NCBI GenBank assembly: GCA_964252035.1
Contig: OZ176209.1
From: Podarcis erhardii
Taxonomy: Eukaryota
Length of the DNA: 64,000 nucleotides
Strand: one strand, 5' to 3'
Within the stretch, counting starts at the first letter, position 1, and each line of letters starts with the position of its first letter. The notes under the pieces are model-generated. The model saw only the letters and a program-made list of their open reading frames with translations. It did no database searches and was not told the origin of the DNA. Made by a program: the position numbers and the translations under genes. This document shows positions 13,566 through 26,969 of the stretch, one piece after another.

Positions 13566-13865
13566 CAGTTGTACCTTGGAAGTCGAATGGAATCCGTTCT
13601 GGAAGTCTGTTTGATTCCAAAATGTTCGAAAACCAAACTGTGGCTTCTGATTGGCTGCAAAAAGCTCCAAAATGTTCAAAAACCAAAGTGTGGTTTCTGA
13701 TTGGCTGCAAGAAGCTCCTGCAGCGAATCCGAAGCCACGGAAGCCCCGTCGGACATTTGGCTTCCAAAAGAACGTTCACAAACTGGAACAATCACTTTCG
13801 GGTTTGTGGCGTTCAGGAGCCAAAACGTCTGAGTTCCAGGGCATTTGGGATCCAAGGTACGACTG
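13566..13865. mobile_element. Tigger-like MITE, second family
   Basis: TA-cagttgtaccttgga...tccaaggtacgactg-TA, with an internal direct repeat (aaaatgttc...aaccaaa...ttctgattggctgcaa). Confidence 0.8.
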
Positions 13866-13973
13866 TAATTCTATGCATACATGATAAAATAAGCCCGACT
13901 TCACACAAAAGGACTTGCATCTTAGTAAGCAGGGGACTCCACACTACAGTGAAGCAGAATCAAGAGGTTTGGC

Positions 13974-14666
13974 CAGGGCTGGATTACCATTAAGCAAAAT
14001 AAGCACATGCTGAGGGCATCAAGGGAAAGGGGGCACCACATAAATTTTCCATTGCCAGATTTTTAACATTAACTATCACAAATTGCCCAGCTGAGTGTTC
14101 ATTTTCTCATTTGAAGTATATTAATAATCCCAACAGGACAACTATGCAACAAGGCAGGCTGGATGCCTTATCTCAACTAAGCATAGAAGCAGATGCGTTA
14201 CATAACATTACAGTGGTACCTCGGGTTACATACGCTTCAGGTTACAGACTCCACTAACCCAGAAATAGTGCTTCAGGTTAAGAACTTTGCTTCAGGATGA
14301 GAACAGAAATTGTGCTCTGGTGGCACGGCAGCAGCGGGAGGCCCCATTAGCTAAAGTGGTGCTTCAGGTTAAGAACAGTTTCAGGTTAAGAACAGACCTC
14401 CGGAACGAATTAAGTACTTAACCTGAGGTAGCACTGTAGTTTTGAGAATCTGATTTGCTGTTAGAAAAGTAGGATAATTTTTTCAGGTATAAAGTGGAAA
14501 TATACAAAAATAAACATTTTCAATTTTACTGTAGGTTTTGTTTCAGTTTGAAAAATAAAATGTTATTTTATGGTTTATTATTGTTTATATTTTGAATTAT
14601 ATATATATGGGGGGCACCAAAATCTTTTAAGTGTTTAGAACCTCTAAAGGTCTTCATCCAGCCCTG
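13974..14666. mobile_element. Non-autonomous hAT element containing a nested Tigger-like MITE
   Basis: TIR cagggctggat / atccagccctg and TSD ggtttggc / ggtttggt (7/8). Confidence 0.78.
14211..14436. mobile_element. Tigger-like MITE, same family in opposite orientation, nested in a hAT element
   Basis: TA-cagtggtacctcgggtta...gaggtagcactg-TA. Interior is the reverse complement of the 1741 copy. Confidence 0.85.
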
Positions 14667-15174
14667 GGTTTGGTGGAGTGGGGAACATTCTCAGTTCAAC
14701 CACCTAAAATTCAAAAAAGTGCAGGTTTCACTGGATAGCTATGTTTGAGTACTGTTAAAGTTTTGTGTGTAGTGTAGCACTGAACATCAAATATAGTTTG
14801 GTTCTTATATAACCATTTTCGCAAGGTAGATGCCACCACAAAATCAATCTTCCCCCACTATTCCGGCAGCTAACAGGACTTTGAAATAGTGCCCACTTGT
14901 GGTAATGTTGAACATCTGCTATATAATGATTACGGCACATTGGTGTCAAGTACTAATTCAACCCAAAACACCCTTTGTAAGGAACAAGCTGCACTGTGCT
15001 CAACTGGGACTTACTTATAAGTAAACATGTAGAGGATTGCAAAGTACAACCTACCATACAGAAACTTTAAAAACTATTGTGAACCATTCTAAATTAGTCA
15101 ACGTTCCGTGTGACCACATACAAATCTCTGATGTGACTATCTTGGAACGCTGTATGCAGTTCTGTTTGCTATAC

Positions 15175-15740
15175 CTGAAAAGGTAACCAAAATGATGCAG
15201 GGGCTGGGGCAACTCGCCTGTGAGAAAAGGTCACAAGATTGGGGGCTTCTTAATTGGGGGGGGGGAGTGAGCGGGGCATGATAAAGGTGTACAAAATGGT
15301 GCATGACATGTAAGCGTGTTCAGAGAAAGGTTTTTCTCCCTCTCCTATACTAGAAGTTGGGACATCTAATGAAGTTGAGTATTGGAAGATTCAGCAAAGA
15401 CAAAAGAAAGTACTTTTGTCACACACTTCACACAGAGCATGGTTGCACTATAAAATTTGCTGCCATAGGATAGCAATGGCCACCAATCTTATAAGGGCTT
15501 CCAAGAGAGGGCTGGATAAATTCATTGATAAGCCTATCAATGGCTACTAGTCATTACGGCTGCGTGCCATCTTCAGTATTGCAGACACTATGCCTCTGAG
15601 TACCAGTTGCTGGAAAGCATGTGGGGCAAGGGTTGTTGCCCTCACACCCTGGTTGTAGACTTCTCCTAGGCATTTGGTTGGCCACTGTGAGATTAAGATA
15701 CTGAACGAGATGAGCCTTTGGCCTGATCTATCTTGGCTCT
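15175..15740 (+). mobile_element. CR1 LINE 3' fragment, decayed
   Basis: Reads VTKMMQGLGQLACEKRSQDWGLL, resembling the CR1 ORF2 C-terminus ATKMI.GLE.LPYEERL..LGLF. Followed by a CR1-type 3' UTR (ggataaattcat...atcaatggctactag...ggcctgatc). Confidence 0.75.
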
Positions 15741-15787
15741 TCATATGCCCTTAAGAAATATCTTAGACAAATATATTGGATACCTAC

Positions 15788-15902
15788 CTCCACAAGACCT
15801 TGCAAAATTCTTACAAACATAACACAACCATAATGTACTCTGGCAGCTGCAGGAATGAACATATTTAGCATGGAAGTTAGGAAAATAGCTGCTCCAAATA
15901 CC
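15788..15902 (-). CDS. SLC17A8: VGLUT3 exon 4
   Basis: cag|G...GAG|gtagg, 115 nt. Translates (R)[38 protein letters not shown]. Confidence 0.95.
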
Positions 15903-17840
15903 CTGTAAAGAAAGAACAATATTTCCCCCCTATTATCTTATAAAGAGATCATATTGAACACATTGATCATATATAACAATCTAAACAGCTGTTAATGATT
16001 TAAGTCTTAAGAGGTGCATAGCTAGCCCATGTCATCCATCAGAAACTAAAAGAAGGGGGATTACATTCAGCCTTTTGTGATTTCTCTGTGTCTGGGTGAA
16101 CACCCTGCCCATAAATTATCATTTGACTTATATCAGCACAATTATATAATATGTGAATTATGTTCATAAGCTTTCTAGGAAAATTATCCTCTTTTAGACC
16201 TGATGTTCAGAAACAGTGACCCTGGATGACTTTGCCAATTTTTTACATGGACACATCTGAGTTACTTGACTTGCATTTGAATAAGACTCATCTTGCATTG
16301 ATCCACATTCTTATGGTGGATAAAATTTTGTGATTAGTTCAATATATTAATCTGGCAAACTTCAGAATTAAGTAATCTTGTTCTAAAACCTGAACATGTC
16401 AAGCTCTTCAGAAGACATTGTAGATGGCTCTTCACTGTGCCTCAGCAATAAAGTACATGGGGGCTGGTTTGCATGCTCAATATTCAAGTTTAAATCCCAG
16501 GAAATCTCAAGGATGGGTTAGCAGGTGACAGGAAAGGCATATGTCTAAAGTACCAGAGACCCCACTGTCAGCCAGTCAGTAGAAGATGCTGGGATAAATG
16601 GACAAAGAGTCTGACCTAAGATGGCAGCTTCCTGTTTTCTTAAAATGAGTGCAAAAACCATAATCTCACAAAAAACGAACTATCTGCAAATCCACAGGAA
16701 ACTGGGCATGGGCTTTAGTGATGTGAGGTGACAGCAAGCCACACTGATGTTCTTTTCAAAAGCAATATTGAATAAAATGCAGTTAGAATTCTTAAGGAAT
16801 AAGATTACAACAACTCATCAACAAAAGATGTTTCAACATCTATGATCTTTTTAACTATTACTCACTCTATATGGAGTTTTCAGCAGGATTAAATTAATTT
16901 ATTTAGTTAGTTATGGCTTGTGAAAGGGTGTAGAAGGCAAGTTATTTTCTGTACAAAATTATTACTGTTAAGTTTTGGAATATTAAATACAAAAAAGGCT
17001 ATTATTGCAATTATTTTAGATTGGATTTTATTTGGCCATTGCTTCCTTGTACATGCAGAAGAACACACACTGAGTGACATTCAAGTTTTATTCAGAGTAG
17101 AAATTAATGGACCTAACTTAGTCATGATTATTAATTTCAGTTGGCTCTACACTGAGCAAAATGTATTGAAAGCCACCCTTTGCACTTAACCATCTTCACA
17201 CAGTTTACATATTTAATTCCTACATCAAAATGCCTTCCATGTAGAAATCAAATAGTGTGGGGAATCACCCTAAAAAGCAGCTTTTAATTTGTTTATGAGG
17301 TCGCTTTTGACAATCCAGAAATGATGAGAAGTTGCCAGCATGAAATCTGTTCTTAAATTATGTATGATGTTGATCAACAAGACTCTGTTCTTGAAAGACA
17401 ATATTCACGTGTGTCACATTCCTCGTCCTTTTATTACCAAATACCAGACAATTAAATGCCTTGTAGAATGTAGACTAAACTATGATTTGAAATAGATTCT
17501 TAACCTTTTGCAATTGCCATAAGACAAAATAAGTTTTTTAACCTGAAGCCAAGTTGTTCTCAGAATATTATTTTTGAGGTGCAATACTTGGTGGCCAGCA
17601 GCACTTGCCTGAACTCCTGTTGCTGAGGCTTACCAGGGGTACGGCTGGAGGTTAAGGTCAGCACAGTGCATAGGCACTGGCTGGATTGGCACTGCTGGTG
17701 TGTTTGAACCATGACAACCTCACTGCCACCTCACCCTCCCAATAAGCTGCAAAGGCGCTTGCTATGACAGACATTGACACCCTTGCCAACTGCTACTGTT
17801 AAGTTGTGCTTTGTTCAATGTGTATATAGGATAGATTAGC

Positions 17841-17956
17841 TTTTGCCAACCACCTGCCTTCCTAGTGTTTTGGACTACAACTCCCATTATCACCAGCCAG
17901 TGCAGGTGGATGGGGATTGTAGTCCAAAACACCTGGAAGACAGCAGGTTGGCAAAG
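17841..17956. mobile_element. Short palindromic MITE, same superfamily as 11715
   Basis: Arms tttgccaacc...gtgttttggactacaa / ttgtagtccaaaacac...ggttggcaaa. Partial relatives lie near 23120-23240, 32845-32910, 41485-41560 and 42175-42245. Confidence 0.72.
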
Positions 17957-18523
17957 TGGCATAGGTGATTCAGTGCCAACTAGATATCTTGGTCACAAGA
18001 TATTCCAACAGCCAGTATCTAGCCTTACTGGGTTCAGGATTCGTCCTGAGCAATGGCCAAAATTGAGTGCTGGACAGTGGGAATCTGATTAGATATATAC
18101 AGTACAACTCTGCTCCACAAATGGCCATACATAAATACAGCCCCCAAGTCATTCTACCCCTCTGTGGATGAGTTTATATCTTTTTATTTTGATAAGATTA
18201 ACAGTAGGAAAGGTAGACCCTTTTATTTGTAAAGATCACTGTGCATTTAGAATTATGTTCTCTAGTAAGATGAGCAACTGAAATGGCTTTCCTTTTCTTA
18301 AGTTGACATCCAGGGCTTATTACACAATCATTAAAATTAAATAGAAACTAGTATACTTCTGCCTTTTAATGTCACAGATAGTATCATCATCACATTCATT
18401 GTGTAAGTTCACAAACAGTTCCCAGTTGCTAAAACTACTGTGGAGTTCATGAAATAAAACTTGGATTTAAAAAATACGGCATTAGATAACATATAAAATT
18501 GTAGTAATTACTTTATTACATCA

Positions 18524-18658
<135 letters not shown>

Positions 18659-19225
18659 CTACAAATAAGACATATACATATGAAATTTGCACACCAATGT
18701 TTAGAAGATACATTTTGTCACATGATTGCCTGCACTCACTTTGGAGGTGCAATATCATGCAGAGCGCTGAACCAAAATTTGTGGAATTTTGTCTTGCCAA
18801 AAGCTACGAAAATTACCTTGTCTGTGTCACTTTGCAACTGCCTTTTCATCAGTTAGTTGAGGTGCAGTTAAATTATCAATTATTATAAGGGCCATTATAT
18901 AATTTCCCTTCTAAAGTTTTTTTCATTTAGAAAGATATCATTAAATGTACAATACAAGTCCCATTTAACAAGATTTGCTTTTGTTTATTTGAGGCATACC
19001 ATGCGAAATATTTTACCGACCACAACCATAGATTGGAGACAGAAGAGAAAAGCAAAATCTTAGCTATTTAAAAAGTTTTAACAAGGGTGGATCCTCTACC
19101 TGAATAGGCAAGCTGGTTTAATGTGGGTTGCTTGTTCCACAACTCTGGCAAAGCACACACATCTCTGTCACCTATAATTGTGGGCCCTATAATTATCATA
19201 TTTACATTTCAATCATATACTTCTT

Positions 19226-19273
19226 TACTTGGAAGTAGGTACCACTGTGTTCAGTGGTACTTACTTCTAGGTA
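19226..19273. repeat. Hairpin core of an old palindromic repeat family
   Basis: Arms tacttggaagtaggtaccactg / cagtggtacttacttctaggta pair at 19/22 positions. Relatives lie near 9545, 14990, 41335 and 44515. Confidence 0.6.
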
Positions 19274-19799
19274 AGTGTGCCTAGGATAACAGCCTCACCT
19301 ATTATTCAGCTCTTTCACGCTGAATTAGAACAATTGGTAATTGGGTATTTCCGCATATTGCATATTTGTTCCTATTTAGTGTGGGTTTTCCAGGGGAAAG
19401 CCATGAGGCAAAGGAAAAACCTCTCTGACCCATGCTTTCTAGGTAGAAGACAAGCAGAAGCATGGACGAGTCCTTATACTATCTGAATACCCATACAAAA
19501 ATGAAAGCGCTTAGCTATCATCTTTCAAACATCTGATCTGGCATACAGATTTCTTACATAGTCTAATCCAGCTTCTACCTAGGGTTTTAATTGGTCATAA
19601 GGTTTTATGGTAACTATATTCGTAATGTATTTTTGTCGGTGTTTGTCCTTTGATGCTATGGCCTGTCGGCTACACAAATAAAGTCTATTCTTGTTAGAAA
19701 TTAACCTATAAACCTAAAATATTAGATTTTCCTTCATAGTCTTCCCAGCTAAATGGGGATGTCATTTCTCTGTATCAAAGAACATATGTCCCTACTCAC

Positions 19800-20046
19800 C
19801 TCAATCTCTGGCTTTCCATTGACATAGATTGTGCTGTTGTTAACCATTTCCACTATGGCAACACCAAGATTGCATCGAATTCCAAAAGAAATGCAAAACC
19901 CCAAGCCACTCATGATGGCAATGATGTAACGCTTGGGAAGTCCACAGCAATAGCAGTCAAATAAAGGTTTCCTCACGGCCTGCACAGGCCTTCCTTCTTC
20001 GTTCAGTTCAATGTTATCTTCTTCTTGGTTGGTTCCATCAATTTTT
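19800..20046 (-). CDS. SLC17A8: VGLUT3 exon 2
   Basis: cag|A...GAG|gtgagt, 247 nt. Translates [82 protein letters not shown]. Confidence 0.95.
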
Positions 20047-20728
20047 CTGAAGAGTAAAAGTAAAAAGATGTTCTTAGGACAAGCTGTTGATGTGTAGTTG
20101 AAGTAATATGCTGATTAGCTGCTACAATTACATTCCCATGTTAGCTGTTCCCAATTAATTGTAACCGGAGCATGTGAAAGAAAGCAGCTGGGGGTTTTGC
20201 ATAAGGCCTTGAAGATTTCAGAGAAATACTGGGGCAGCTGTCAGGTTCGTCTCAGGTCCATTCACACATCATGGTAACTATGGATGAAAAACATCCAACC
20301 CATAGGCCTAATTAGACTTCCCCATTTTGCCTGTGCAGCTGTTTTGGCCAAGCCATTCCCACTTGCTCTACACCTGATATCATTTGTGACATCACATGAG
20401 AGAAAGGTAAAGGCAGGGCTTGGATCAAAGGCTGTGCTGATTCCCAGCATTTCCCAAGTGGATGGCAATCAGCTGATGGTTGGGAACTTGGGAAGTGTGT
20501 GTAAGAGACTTTGCAAACCTACTTTGGAAATAAAAAATGGTCTGCTTTTAAAAAGAACAGGTCCGTCCCCCCCACTCCCAAAGGAGATTTTATGCCTCAG
20601 AAAAAAACTAAGTCTGTATTAATTTATTTGAAACATTTCTTTCAAATAAAGAAACATGCATTCTTTCCTGCATTTCATTTAATAAATTCAAGAGGGCTAA
20701 CAGCAGTGTGTGTGTGTGTGTATGCATA

Positions 20729-21069
20729 AAGGTAAAGGGTAAAGGGACCCCTGACCATTAGGTCCAGTCGTGGCCAACTCTGGGGTTGCGGTGCTCATCT
20801 TGCTTTATTGGCCGAGGGAGCCGGCGTACAGTTTACAGGTCATGTCGCCAGCATGACTAAGCCGCTTCTGGCAAAACCAGAGCAGCACACGGAAACACCG
20901 TTTACCTTCCCTATTTATCTACTCGCACTTTGTGCTTTCGAACTGCTAGGTTGGCAGGAGCAGGGACCGAGCAACAGGAGCTCACCCCGTCACGGGGATT
21001 TGAACTGCCGACCTTCTGATAAGCAAGCCCTAGGCTCTGTGGTTTAACCCACAGTGCCACCCGCGTCCC
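20729..21069 (-). mobile_element. Sauria SINE, full length
   Basis: tRNA-like head gggacgcgggtggcactgtgggttaaacc at the right end and an (ACCTTT)n tail at the left. Possible TSD tatgcata. Confidence 0.9.
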
Positions 21070-23906
21070 TCTCTCTCTATATATATATATGCATAGGCAG
21101 CCATCAAAACAATGAGACACAATCCAGCAAGTTCTGTGCGTTTAGTTATTTCTGTTATGAGGACCTGCAATCTAACCTTCAAATATGCTAGTTTTGGATC
21201 TCACTACAGCCACTCCCTTTTGGCCTGCTTTATTTCCAAAGGGATTTGATGAAATCTATTGTGTTGGTGCATAAACAGATAGACTTCAATTTGTGCAGTA
21301 GTTCCTCTTTCTTTTCTTTCCCTTGCAGTTCCTCCTCTTCCTTCCCCACTGACAAACCTGCTCCAGAGGTGTCCTCCAACCCTCCAAAGCAGCTTGCAAG
21401 TTGCACCAGAAGCCCAGTTGCATGAGCAGAAGTCCATTTTGTTTGTGCACCAATCCAACTGAATATCACCCATGGTTTCAAGAGAATGTTGGGGCCACTA
21501 TTCTGACAGCATTATGCAGGCTCATAGACTTCTATTGCAAATGCACCTGGCATCAGAAATCAGATGAAAAAGTTTGCCTGGCATGGCAATAGCTGAACAT
21601 CTGTCACAAACCACAGTGCTCTTGGCCATAGAGGGTTTCTCCTAATTAGGTACAAATCAGTTTATCTGTTCAGGTACATTCTTCTTCATCTTGACTGGAA
21701 TAATTGCCTCCTCATAATTAATTCTGTAAGCAATAGCAGTTAGGTCAAGTGAGGAGAAGAACTGACAGGGATATTTAGATTGCCATCTGGGCTACCCTTG
21801 AGCTTTCTGGAACTCTCAAGTGATGTTTACCACCTCCTGTTTGCTCCTTTCCTGCAGTAATTCAGAACTTTTCTTATCTTGCTACACTGGTCTTGCATTT
21901 ATTGAGCTAGACATGCCTTTGCCACCACAGCTGCAACTGGGAGGCATGTTTGGTGTGAGATGTCTCTGGGAAAAAGAATTGTGGACTTGCAGGGGCAATA
22001 CCTTGTTGCCAAAGTGGTTTAACAATTCATGAAGCTCTTCTTCAAATTACCACTTACTCCTTTCCATGACCTCTTCCAGGAACAAGGTCATCAGTAGAAA
22101 ATACTTTCCTCACATGCTTTCAGTCTTATAATATGACATAATAAAAATATGACACAATGCGAAAGTTAAAAGGGATGTGAAGAGAAGCAACATAACCTCC
22201 AAAGACAAGGCCAGATCTAATAACACCCCTAGATGGCAAACCTGAACATTTAGAAGGAATGCAGTCCAGAAGGTGCTGAAGATGGCTTCATTGACTTTGG
22301 AGGCCCTAATGGCTTCTGAGGGGGACTGAACACCCCCTCCCAGATCAAATGAGCCACCCACCTACAATTTCCAGAGCAGCTAGTTGTGTTCCTATCAACA
22401 ACTTTTTGAATGGCCACCGTAAAGAACATAATTGTATTTGTGCATACTTTCTGCATTATATTTCCCTCTTATCCCACTGTATACAAACCATCCACCACGG
22501 CCATGTGTATACATACCTTCCTTCTCAGGGTTGGCCCAAGATATTTTGTTCCTGAGGCAAAGGACAAGATGGTATCTAATCCATGTAAAATACCAACATT
22601 GCATTGTTTCTAGGCATAGCAGTTTGGGAAGCTCTATACAGAAGTAACCCATGTTTTCTAATGCCATTAAATGAGGCTTTTCATGAGGTAACCTGAATGT
22701 GGTTTTCAGATTCAGGGACCAGTACTCAATCTAGCTGAAAACATGGTGATTTCTTGTCCAGAAGTTAAAAATGTGTAAAACATGTACCCATCTGAGTTAA
22801 CTCACAAAACCAAATTGTGGTGCTAAAGTTGTCTTGCTCTAGGCAAGGGACAAGACATCTTAATCACCTTCCAATACACAACATGATGCTTCTCTCGTCT
22901 ACCAAGGGCTCATGAGGAGGGTCCTTTTTAATTTATGCCTCCCCCCTATGCATGATACTCAAATGGCAAGCGCTAAGCACCTATCTTCTCCAAAGATGCA
23001 CTTCTCTATCATTTCTTTACTGTCTTGTGATGGGTTTTCTCCACCATGGATGGGTTTGAGTATACTTTGCCTTGACTCTTGATTGCCTGTGGAGACTCTG
23101 TTTGATCCCTCCCAGGGTAGCCACCATGCTGCCTTCCAGATGTTGCTGGATGCTCATCAGTACTAACTAGCATTGCTAATGATCAGATATAATGGAAAGT
23201 GCAGTCAAAAACATCTGGAGGGCACCATGTTGGCTAATTCTGATTAGAGCTATAAGGATTTTAATGCAGTCATAAAATACAATACTTCTTTAAATAATTT
23301 CAAACTATTAAATGCACAATTGTCAACCAAAAGAATCTGCCTCATTATTATTGAATTCAAATTCAAGATAGGTGACTATCTAGAGCAGCACTTTATAGGA
23401 CCAGTTTTGCTGCAGCAAACGGGAGTGACTTTTTCTTTCTAGGTTGCTTTGATGCTTCTTGTTTTGCTACACAGAAATTAGAGCATTAAAGAAAATATAC
23501 GGGTTTGATGCAATGTAGGGAGCATTGCTTCAGGCAGAGACAATGAGAGGGCCTAAGCAGCAGGAATCTACTGGGACTTAAAAGTACATGGAATAGATGG
23601 ATTTATTGGTGCAAAGGTTATAGAAGAGAGACCCAACAACAGGTTTTCTGGCTAACTGGAAATGGAGCAGAAGTTTGAAAACCGTACAATGAGTTACTTT
23701 ATACCATCAAAGCAATGAATGAACCAATGCAGAGCTGAGTACCATTTAAATTTTTTGCAAGGGTATCAAAATAGCCAGAGTATGACCTACTCATACTACA
23801 TACTGGAGATACCTTTGTCAATAATTCATAGATTTATATTAATTTACTGTCAGCTCACTTTTGACGCCAGCTCACTTTTGACATCAACATGTAATATGAT
23901 AAAGCA

Positions 23907-23979
23907 GGAAATCTGTAGGTGTATGAAGGTATATTGGTAGGTGTATGAAGGAAACCTGTAGGTGTATGAAGGTATATTG
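23907..23979. repeat. Local minisatellite-like duplication
   Basis: Three gtaggtgtatgaagg cores. The outer two are near-identical 30-mers. Confidence 0.85.
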
Positions 23980-24646
23980 ACCAAATGTCCTTGGCCAATG
24001 AAAAAATATCTTCCTCATAACATATCTTCCTAACAATATTTATGAAGAAAAACTGGGAAAGCTTCAAAATAATCCTAGGAACTCTAGCAGTTTTTACATT
24101 TAATAGCATATACTATATTAATATATTTAACTGCTTATGATGTCTTTATAGTTTAACAGGTCTTATTTTAAAAGACAAACACCTTAACCAGATCAAAGCA
24201 TGATTTTGAGTGATAAATGCTCCTTATTTCATCTTTCATTTTATTTCTGAAATTTTCATCTACCTGTTCTAACATGTCACAGAAATATATTATCTGAGAA
24301 GAGGCATCTCTTAAAGGTTTATTTGTTTAAAGCTTTGCCTGTAATAAAATTCAAAAATGATATTGCAGTTTATTATATATCTACAGATGGTGGGTTGTTT
24401 GGCTCTTTTAAAATAGTTTACAAGAAAGTAAGATATGTGATAAGTTGGCTACCCAGGATGAAACAGAAAACTACAAGTCCTATATCTGTACATTCAGAAA
24501 GTATGAATAAGTCATTATATATGAGCAGCATGAACCAATGCATGTTTCTTCAGAAGTAGATCTGTTGTCTTTAGAGATGCTTCATCTCAGGTTTGCAACC
24601 TAGATAGCATTGCAAGCTACATAAATGATAATATAATAGTATATTA

Positions 24647-24647
<1 letters not shown>

Positions 24648-24687
<40 letters not shown>
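24648..24687. repeat. (TG)n microsatellite
   Basis: About 20 uninterrupted TG units. Confidence 0.95.
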
Positions 24688-24688
<1 letters not shown>

Positions 24689-25761
24689 ACACTAAATGAG
24701 TCCTATTAGTGGTTTTGTAAAATATTGGAAGCTGCCCAGAGACTTTATTGTTTGGGGATAACATAGAAATGACATAAATAAATACATAAAGAGAATCTTT
24801 ATTATTAACAAATAATGGTGCTGTTTTGCAAAAATGAGAAGCTCCCCATGACAATACATCAGTTGATTATTTGGCTGGTAAAAGAAAAGTCTAACTGTCT
24901 GAATCTTTCAATTTTTGGAAGATTAATGATAAACTTGTTAGTCTTTAAAGTGGCACAACACTCTGTTGTTTTTACTGCAACAAACTGAAACAGCCGCCCC
25001 TCAGGAAATTCATGTATTTGAAACAATGTGAATATTGTGAATTTCTGCACTTTCACCCCTATGGTTTTTCTCTTATAAACTTTTAAATGGCTGCCAATTT
25101 TTAACATATCCAAGCATATTATAGACAAACAGACATAATCCAGTTTAAGCTAAAAAGCTTGCATTTAAATTGATGCTGGTTACGATCCTAAGTACACCTG
25201 TACTGACAAAATCAAGTAAAGTTGGACTATCTAGCTACATGCATCAGAAGATCAAAGAGTTTAATCAGATTCATGGTCACTTTTGCAATTTCAGTTTTAC
25301 ACAAGCTACATTTTTTGAATTGTGCTCTATGTTTCACCTCTATGTCTCTAAAATATGACATGGATATAAATTTAGACACATGGTATAGATATAAAACCAC
25401 ATGAAATTTTCACATTTATTTTCAGTATATGTTTCTTTTATTTCAGTTAGTTCTTTTTATTGATATTTTATTTTCCTTTGGTTCTCTTTCTGGATATTAT
25501 TTAGCATTAAATCAGCTTTGTCTAAGTTTTATCAACAATATTTAAAATGCTTAACACTAGACCTATTTTGCAATTATTTCATATTTTAGCAGCTCATATT
25601 TTATAGTGGGGCTGTGTGTGTGTGTTTTATCCCATTACTTTGTTACTAAGGTACAGTTCCTTGCATATGCTGCTTATTGAATTATCCTTACAAATTTCCT
25701 TTCCAAATTTAAACCTAAACTTTATTTGCTTACATTTTTGAAGTTTACATTAAGTTTTTAC

Positions 25762-25862
25762 CTTTGGAAGTGTCCCAGTGAATCACTCACGGTATTCTTC
25801 ACCTCTTCCTTCCCAGGCTTTAAAAACCTCTCCCTTAATGAGTTAAACACTTCAAAAGGCAT
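25762..25862 (-). CDS. SLC17A8: VGLUT3 exon 1 (coding part, ATG at 25862)
   Basis: ATG...CAA AG|gtaaa, 101 nt. Translates [33 protein letters not shown](R), similar to the human N-terminus [30 protein letters not shown] as recalled. All 12 exons join in frame (1755 nt). Confidence 0.92.
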
Positions 25863-26956
25863 CTTGTCTTCCTTAAATAAATCCTTTAATGGAACATTTT
25901 GTTTGCTGTCATCGCCAGTTTCCCCCAGACTTTAGTAGCCTGCCTCAGTGCTTTCCTCTATTTTTTTCCCCCTGTTATCCCTGGTATGACGACCGGATGA
26001 TCCACACAATGTTTATACTCCAAAATATCCGTCAGAGTGAAGATTTGAGCAGAGTCTCCTCAGAACTGCCAATAGCTCAAGCAGAATTGTAGTGGCTCTG
26101 TTTTTCATCTATTGTTGTTCCGTGGCTGATCATCATTAAAGAACAAAGGGCTACACCTGGAGGTTAGAAACGCTGGACCTGGTGCTTCAGCTGGTGCACC
26201 CGACTGAAACACACTATAACTTGCTCATCCTCTCTCCCAGCTTTCTTCTGCCGTCTCTCTCACACAGATCCTGTGCGAGGTGATGCTATAGTAACGAACA
26301 CAATACCTGTCCCTCTGGCCACTCAAGCTTATTAATAGATCTCATCCACAGCAAACTTTATTAAACATTTATACATTCTCCCTGTCACAGGACATGGACT
26401 TGTAGCTCCATTTTACTCTCAGACTTCCTCTGCACCCCAAACCCCCAACAAACAGCTTTTGTTGGTCTCTTGGAAATGTAGTCACCCTAGGCATGTCATT
26501 TGTGATTGACATCATTAGTAGCTCTGTCTAAAAACACAGAAACAGAATTGCTTTAAAACGCTGCGTGAGTAGTTATTTGCATTAATCCAAACAAGAACAC
26601 ATGGGTCATTTATTTACTTATTTATCTGTTTACTATAATCATAAAAAATGGATCAGAAAGCAAGTTATAAAAACAAAAATCTGCTTCTTTTTCTGAACTG
26701 GCCACATTGTGTGTTTACCTCTAATCTTATTATACTTATTATTGGAGTTGCTAGTCTTAACAAAAGTGCACCTCCTGTAGAAAATACAGGGGTGGGTCAA
26801 AAGTTGAAGCACTAGCTCAACCAGCTGTGCTCTCTTAAGGTCAGATAAGGACCCATAGCTCTAGGTTCAATTAATTCAAGTTCTTAATATGCCAAACTCA
26901 ACACTGGATTTAGGGCAGTGCTCCACTGCATAGAGTGCTGAGTCAAGGGGGCACAA

Positions 26957-26969
26957 AACAACAACAACA

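Noticed and set aside
13508-13993. 161-aa ORF and overlapping ORFs
   Set aside because: They run across a non-coding Tigger-like MITE and show no transposase motifs.
22180-22265. Peptide VQVCHLGVLLDLALSLE within ORF 22110-22361
   Set aside because: It resembles an L2 ORF2 fragment rather than a host gene and is too short to delimit as a feature.
23852-23980. Short direct repeats considered as a CRISPR-like array
   Set aside because: Only 2-3 units with no unique spacers of regular length, in a vertebrate intron. These are ordinary slippage duplications.
26165-26190. RE1/NRSE-like sequence in the SLC17A8 5' region (tgaagcaccaggtccagcg on the minus strand)
   Set aside because: The GGACAG core is broken and the left half deviates, so it is too weak to call a REST site.
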